Of a stretch of 64,000 bases of DNA, positions 59,873 through 64,000 are shown one piece after another. The notes under the pieces are model-generated. The model did not search any database. It was not told the DNA's origin and saw only the letters and a list, made by a program, of their open reading frames with translations. The DNA comes from Halobacteriales archaeon QS_4_69_34. GTDB taxonomy: Archaea > Halobacteriota > Halobacteria > Halobacteriales > Halococcaceae. Location of the stretch: the NCBI GenBank assembly GCA_003021045.1, contig PXRN01000003.1:1-64000 (forward strand), written 5' to 3'. A program made the translations under genes and the position numbers. The stretch's first letter is position 1; the number at the start of each line of letters is the position of its first letter.

Positions 59873-60181
59873 TCACCACGTCGGCGGTTCGAGGTCCGCC
59901 TCGGCGAGCAGCTCCTTCCAGCGCCCTTGAACCGTGAGCCGCGCCACGCCGACGGCGTCGGCGACCGCGCCCTGGGAGCGTCGATCGCCGGCGATCAGCG
60001 CGCCGGCGTAGAGGCTCGCGGCAACCGCGGCGCGCTTCGAGCGCTCGGCGTCGGGGACCGTCGAGAGAAACAGGCTCGTGGCGCGCTCGCGGGCGGCCGG
60101 ATCGAGGCCGAGCGCGTCGGCCGCCGCGTCGAGCTCCGCGAGCCACGCCTCGTTTGCGACCTGATCGCGTGCCCGGTACAC
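59873..60181 (-). CDS. TFB-related cyclin-fold fragment protein
   Basis: 102 aa resembling a single TFIIB cyclin repeat (...AAVAASLYAGALIAGDRRSQGAVADAVGVARLTVQGRWKEL). Confidence 0.45.
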   Translation of the reverse strand: MYRARDQVANEAWLAELDAAADALGLDPAARERATSLFLSTVPDAERSKRAAVAASLYAGALIAGDRRSQGAVADAVGVARLTVQGRWKELLAEADLEPPTW

Positions 60182-60260
60182 ATCCCGACTACCGGCGCGA
60201 GCGGCTTAAGCGCTCGCCGGTGGCCGAAGCGTTATGCTCGTCCCTCCTCAATCGCGTCCC

Positions 60261-60782
60261 ATGACCGGCGTCGTCGAGACGATCTTCGCCACCGACGAGG
60301 GCTCGAAGCCGATGGAGCAGGTCGAGGCGATCGAGGCCGTCGAGCGTCGGGGACTGCGTGGCGATCGCTACATGGAGGGCACGGGCTACTACTCGGGGTT
60401 CGACGAGTGCGAGGTCACACTCATCGAGCACGAAGCCATCGCGGAGATCCGCGAGGCACACGGCATCGACCTCTCGGACGGGCGACACCGGCGCAACGTC
60501 GTCACGCGCGGCGTCGACGTCCACGAGCTGCTGCGGGGCGGGCGGTTCCGGGTCGGCGAGGTCGTCTTCGAGGGGACGCGCCCGCGCCCGCCGTGTGCCC
60601 ACGTCGAGCAGGTCGCCGGCGAGGAGGGCGTCTCCCGATCGCTCGGGGAGGGCCGCGGCGGGATCTGTGCGAGCGTCGTCGAGGGCGGTCAGCTCCACGC
60701 CGGCGACGAGATCGAGCGACTGGCGGGCGACGGCGAGGAGGGAATCGCCGAGGAAATCGAGCGCGGGGTGACCAATCGCTGA
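60261..60782 (+). CDS. MOSC-domain protein
   Basis: ...GLRGDRYMEGTGYYSGF..., RPRPPCAHV conserved Cys; 173 aa from MTGVV. Confidence 0.7.
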   Translation: MTGVVETIFATDEGSKPMEQVEAIEAVERRGLRGDRYMEGTGYYSGFDECEVTLIEHEAIAEIREAHGIDLSDGRHRRNVVTRGVDVHELLRGGRFRVGEVVFEGTRPRPPCAHVEQVAGEEGVSRSLGEGRGGICASVVEGGQLHAGDEIERLAGDGEEGIAEEIERGVTNR

Positions 60783-60840
60783 CCGGGCAAGCGATCGGAG
60801 ACGACAGGCTCTTTTCTCGCTCGCGGGAACGAGGAGGCGA

Positions 60841-60924
60841 GCGCGGGTAGCCAAGCCAGGAAACGGCGCAGCGCTTAGGACGCTGTCCCGTAGGGGTCCG
60901 CCGGTTCAAATCCGGTCCCGCGCA
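60841..60924 (+). tRNA. tRNA-Leu (anticodon UAG), class II with long variable arm
   Basis: Acceptor GCGCGGG/CCCGCGC with discriminator A, anticodon stem-loop CAGCG-CUUAGGA-CGCUG, variable arm CCCGUAGGGG, T-loop GGTTCAAATCC; no encoded CCA. Confidence 0.9.
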
Positions 60925-61026
60925 CTACCGCCTTCTTTCGATTTTCGGCCCGTCCAGCGACCAGAAAATACCGCAAATGCCCTCGAAAAGCCGAGATACC
61001 GCAAACGCTGGTTCTGTTAAATCGAG

Positions 61027-61177
61027 TGGCACTGTCTAGGTGAGCGGCTCTGTCCCGTGAATTACTGTGCTCACGACTCCGATGATGAGTTCTCCGGCAG
61101 TAGAGACTTTGAGTCGTCCCCCTCCAGAACCAGTTACGGTAAATCAAGGATCGCCGGCTGCTCAACTAGACAGTGTC
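61027..61177. mobile_element. MITE-like element: 16-bp terminal inverted repeats (CACTGTCTAGGTGAGC / GCTCAACTAGACAGTG) flanking a ~118-bp AT-richer core
   Basis: 15 of 16 positions complementary; sits in a low-GC tract immediately 3' of tRNA-Leu. Confidence 0.35.
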
Positions 61178-61474
61178 TTCTGGACGATTTCTAAATGAAT
61201 CAATCTAGTCCGAAGTCGTCCGGTCCGGTGGCGACTCGTGGGTCGGCTTCGGCCCCGCCAGCAGTCGCTCGCGCCACGACCGGATCGCCGCCATCCAGAC
61301 GCGAAGGACTTCAACGAGTTCTGTCGGTGGAGCGACCGTAATTCGTGACGGAGTTCGGGCGGTAGGGGAGAGCACGTTCGGCCGCTCCGGTGATGGGAGG
61401 AGCGAGAGGGAATGATCTGGCGAGGGTCGCCGTCGTCCGACAGAGCTTTTTAACCCCGGACGGAGGGACGTTCA

Positions 61475-62287
61475 ATGGCGGACCTCGACGGTCTCCTCGG
61501 CGGCATCGTCGAGGGGGTGACGACGGTGCTTCTGTTCTCGCCGAGCACGTCCTACCACGAGCGCTTCGCGGACCTCGAGGACGTTAGCGTGGTCGTGGTC
61601 GGGCCGGAGAACGCGGTCGGCGCGGAGCGCTTCGTCGAGCTTCCCCTGGAGTTCGAGTCGATCACCGAGCGCATCCGCTTTGGCATCGAGGGCGCGCTCG
61701 ACCACGAGTTCGTCGCCGACGGCGAGGAAATCGCCTGCGCGACGACGGTGTTCAACGACGGGATCGACGGCGTGATCCGGGCGCGGGCGGGCGAGATGAA
61801 CCACTCGGGGGTCTACGACCTCTTTACGAACTCCCGAGCCGATTCCGACGTGATCCGGGACGCGGTCGACGTAGCGATCGAGCTGGGCCAGAAGGGCCAG
61901 AAGGGCAAACCCGTGGGCGCGCTGTTCATCGTCGGCGACGCCGGGAAGGTGATGAACAAGTCCCGGCCGCTCTCCTACAACCCCTTCGAGAAATCCCACG
62001 TCCACGTCGGCGACCCGATCGTCAACGTGATGATCAAGGAGTTCTCTCGGCTCGACGGCGCGTTCGTCATCAGCGACGCGGGAAAGATCGTCTCCGCGTA
62101 CCGCTACCTCGAACCCGCCGCCGAGGGCGTCGATATCCCGAAGGGGCTCGGCTCGCGGCACATGGCCGGCGGGGCGATCACCAGAGACACCAACGCGACG
62201 GCCGTCGTTCTCTCCGAGTCCGATGGCATGGTGCGGGCGTTCAAGAGCGGCGAGCTGATCCTCGAACTCGATCCGGAGGAGTACTGA
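61475..62287 (+). CDS. dacZ: Diadenylate cyclase (DAC/DisA_N domain), archaeal DacZ type
   Basis: ...RLDGAFVISDAGKIVSAYRYLEP... and GSRHMAGGAITRDT (DGA and RHR-like motifs); 270 aa. Confidence 0.8.
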   Translation: MADLDGLLGGIVEGVTTVLLFSPSTSYHERFADLEDVSVVVVGPENAVGAERFVELPLEFESITERIRFGIEGALDHEFVADGEEIACATTVFNDGIDGVIRARAGEMNHSGVYDLFTNSRADSDVIRDAVDVAIELGQKGQKGKPVGALFIVGDAGKVMNKSRPLSYNPFEKSHVHVGDPIVNVMIKEFSRLDGAFVISDAGKIVSAYRYLEPAAEGVDIPKGLGSRHMAGGAITRDTNATAVVLSESDGMVRAFKSGELILELDPEEY

Positions 62288-63178
62288 ATGGCACTGGCTG
62301 TGTCGACCTCGGCCTCGACAGCAGTGGCGGCAGCACCGGTGGCGTCAGCGCTGGCAGCGGTCGTGTCGACGGTGTCCCCGACGGCGGGGCCGATAGCGGC
62401 ACAGGGCGGCGTCGCCCGCAATCTGGTCTCCCGGAACGTCGACGTCGTCCTCCTCGGGGTCATTCTCCTCGTGGGCGTGCTCGTCGCCTACCTCGTCGCC
62501 CGCGCGGGTCGCCGGCTGCTCGTCGCTGCGGGGGTCGGGAGCGCCGTCGAGAGCACCGCCTCCGAGCGCGCCGCCCGGCGGCTCGGCACGTCGGTCGTGT
62601 CGGTGCTGGCGTGGGTGCTCGCGCTGTTCGTCTTTCTGGTCTTCGCCGTGCTCGCGCTGGGCAGTGCCGCGCTGCTCGACTACCGCCAGTACCTCCGCGA
62701 TTTCATCGACTACCTGCCGGGGCTGTTCCTCGCGGTGCTGGTACTCATCGTCGGGCTCGTCGTCGCCGACAAGGTGGAACTGCTCGTCGGCGAGCGCCTG
62801 CGCGGGATCAAGATCCCCTCGGTCGGCGTACTGCCCGTCCTCGCCAAGTACAGCGTCATCTTCGTCGCGGCGCTGATCGCGCTCGGCCAGCTCGGCGTCG
62901 CCACCGCTGCGCTCGTCGTGGTGCTCGGCGCGTACTGCCTCGCGCTCGTCGTGCTCGGTGGGCTGGCCTGTAAGGACCTCCTCGCCGCGGGCGCGGCGGG
63001 CATCTACCTCCTGCTCAACGAGCCCTACGCCATCGGCGACGAGGTCCGCATCGACGGCACCCGCGGAGTCGTCCAGGAGGTCGACGTCTTCGTCACCCGC
63101 GTCGAGAGCGACGGCGAGGAGTTCGTCGTCCCGAACCAGCGGGTGATCCGGTCGGGCATCGTCCGCATCAGGGAGTGA
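62288..63178 (+). CDS. MscS-family small-conductance mechanosensitive channel
   Basis: TM helices followed by the MscS beta-domain (...IDGTRGVVQEVDVFVTRVESDGEEFVVPNQ...); the ATG immediately follows the dacZ stop (TGAATG). Confidence 0.8.
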   Translation: MALAVSTSASTAVAAAPVASALAAVVSTVSPTAGPIAAQGGVARNLVSRNVDVVLLGVILLVGVLVAYLVARAGRRLLVAAGVGSAVESTASERAARRLGTSVVSVLAWVLALFVFLVFAVLALGSAALLDYRQYLRDFIDYLPGLFLAVLVLIVGLVVADKVELLVGERLRGIKIPSVGVLPVLAKYSVIFVAALIALGQLGVATAALVVVLGAYCLALVVLGGLACKDLLAAGAAGIYLLLNEPYAIGDEVRIDGTRGVVQEVDVFVTRVESDGEEFVVPNQRVIRSGIVRIRE

Positions 63179-63251
63179 TCGGCCACGGCGATCCGGCGGT
63201 CTCGCCGCCGCTCGGGTGATCACGCCGTCCCACCACGGTACGGCGTCCCCG

Positions 63252-63881
63252 CTACCGCGGCCGGGCCACGACCGCGAGGTGGTCGTCGTGGCGCGGATCG
63301 AGTCGCCGGGTGTCGAGCACCTCGTAGCCCTCCCGCAGTTCGGCGAGTGCGTCCCCGAAGATCGCCCCGGGCTCGCGCGTGACGTCCTCGCTCCGGGCTT
63401 TGAGTGCCGCGACGAGCCGGCCGTCATCGGCCAGGAACTGCCGGTTGGCGAGCGCGACCTGGGCCTGCCCGCGGGTCGCCACGTCCTGGACGACCGCGTC
63501 CAGACCGTTCTCGACGACGTGGGCGTAGGTGTCGGGCTGGCGGGCGTCGTTCAGCAGCGGAACGAGGGTCTCGCGGGCCGCGGCGGCGTCGAGCAGGTCG
63601 TCCATCGGTCGCGCGGCGAACTCGACGGCGTAGACGACGCGCGCGAAGTCCGCGACGTGGCTCGCCGTGGTCCCGTTGGCCGCACCGAGATAGAGGACGC
63701 CGTCGCTCCCCGAGAGCCCGGTGTCTATCCCTGCGTCGAACATCGCACCGAGCTTCGAGCGCCCCGCGTCCCACACGCGCCAGCCGTCGACGACGGGCTC
63801 GCCGTAGGCCGGCGTGCCCCGGGTGGCGAGGCGCTCCGCGCCGTCGAACTCCCGATACGCGACGCCCTCGGGCAGGGTCAT
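63252..63881 (-). CDS. flpA: Fibrillarin-like rRNA/tRNA 2'-O-methyltransferase
   Basis: ...VLYLGAANGTTASHVADF... fibrillarin motif; 209 aa; ATG overlaps the nop5 stop (ATGA). Confidence 0.85.
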   Translation of the reverse strand: MTLPEGVAYREFDGAERLATRGTPAYGEPVVDGWRVWDAGRSKLGAMFDAGIDTGLSGSDGVLYLGAANGTTASHVADFARVVYAVEFAARPMDDLLDAAAARETLVPLLNDARQPDTYAHVVENGLDAVVQDVATRGQAQVALANRQFLADDGRLVAALKARSEDVTREPGAIFGDALAELREGYEVLDTRRLDPRHDDHLAVVARPR

Positions 63882-64000
63882 CCGTCCCCCGGTGGTCGTC
63901 CGTCCGCGGGGCGGTCGCCGCTGTCGTCGCCGTCGCCCTCGTCGTTCCCGTTCGATTCCGGTCCGTCGGTCGCGCCGGTCCCCCCGCCCGAACCGTCGCC
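63878..64000 (-). CDS. nop5: C/D box snoRNP protein Nop5 (Nop56/58 homolog), 3' end only
   Basis: Gly/Asp-rich acidic tail ending ...PPGDG*, in the position immediately upstream of flpA that is conserved across archaea. Confidence 0.6.
   Translation of the reverse strand, partial: GDGSGGGTGATDGPESNGNDEGDGDDSGDRPADGRPPGDG

Overview
High-GC (about 67%) haloarchaeal chromosomal segment; the proteins are acidic and many genes sit about 25 nt downstream of a TATA-like box, consistent with leaderless transcripts. About 75 genes are supportable; the many other long ORFs in the six-frame track are antisense/high-GC artefacts. Main blocks: dodecin, IscA-like and a geranylgeranyl-reductase-family flavoprotein; hisD, a D-2-hydroxyacid dehydrogenase and asd; rps17e; a translationally coupled four-gene operon cofD -> Dus-like TIM barrel -> CitG-like -> DUF447-like; yihY, an HD-domain protein, an amidohydrolase and mgtC; birA; a contiguous cobalamin lower-pathway cluster (cbiB, cobS, cobY, cobD, cbiZ, cobA, cobQ) with a btuD-like remnant downstream; a thiolase / HMG-CoA-synthase-like-DUF35 fusion / maoC / paaI / paaABCD block with a Bat-type regulator; LLM oxidoreductase, M24 and S9 peptidases, a CAP-domain protein and a vapBC-like pair; ferredoxin, glutaredoxin, purD, a GCS2-type Glu-Cys ligase and coaD; tRNA-Leu(UAG) followed by a low-GC tract; dacZ-mscS; flpA and the 3' end of nop5. 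No CRISPR array, integrase or transposase was recognised. The most unusual signals are two families of interspersed intergenic repeats, a 3'-end replacement of maoC that carries a SHOCT-domain gene, a split paaD, and the cofD-linked operon of uncharacterised cofactor-biosynthesis-type genes.
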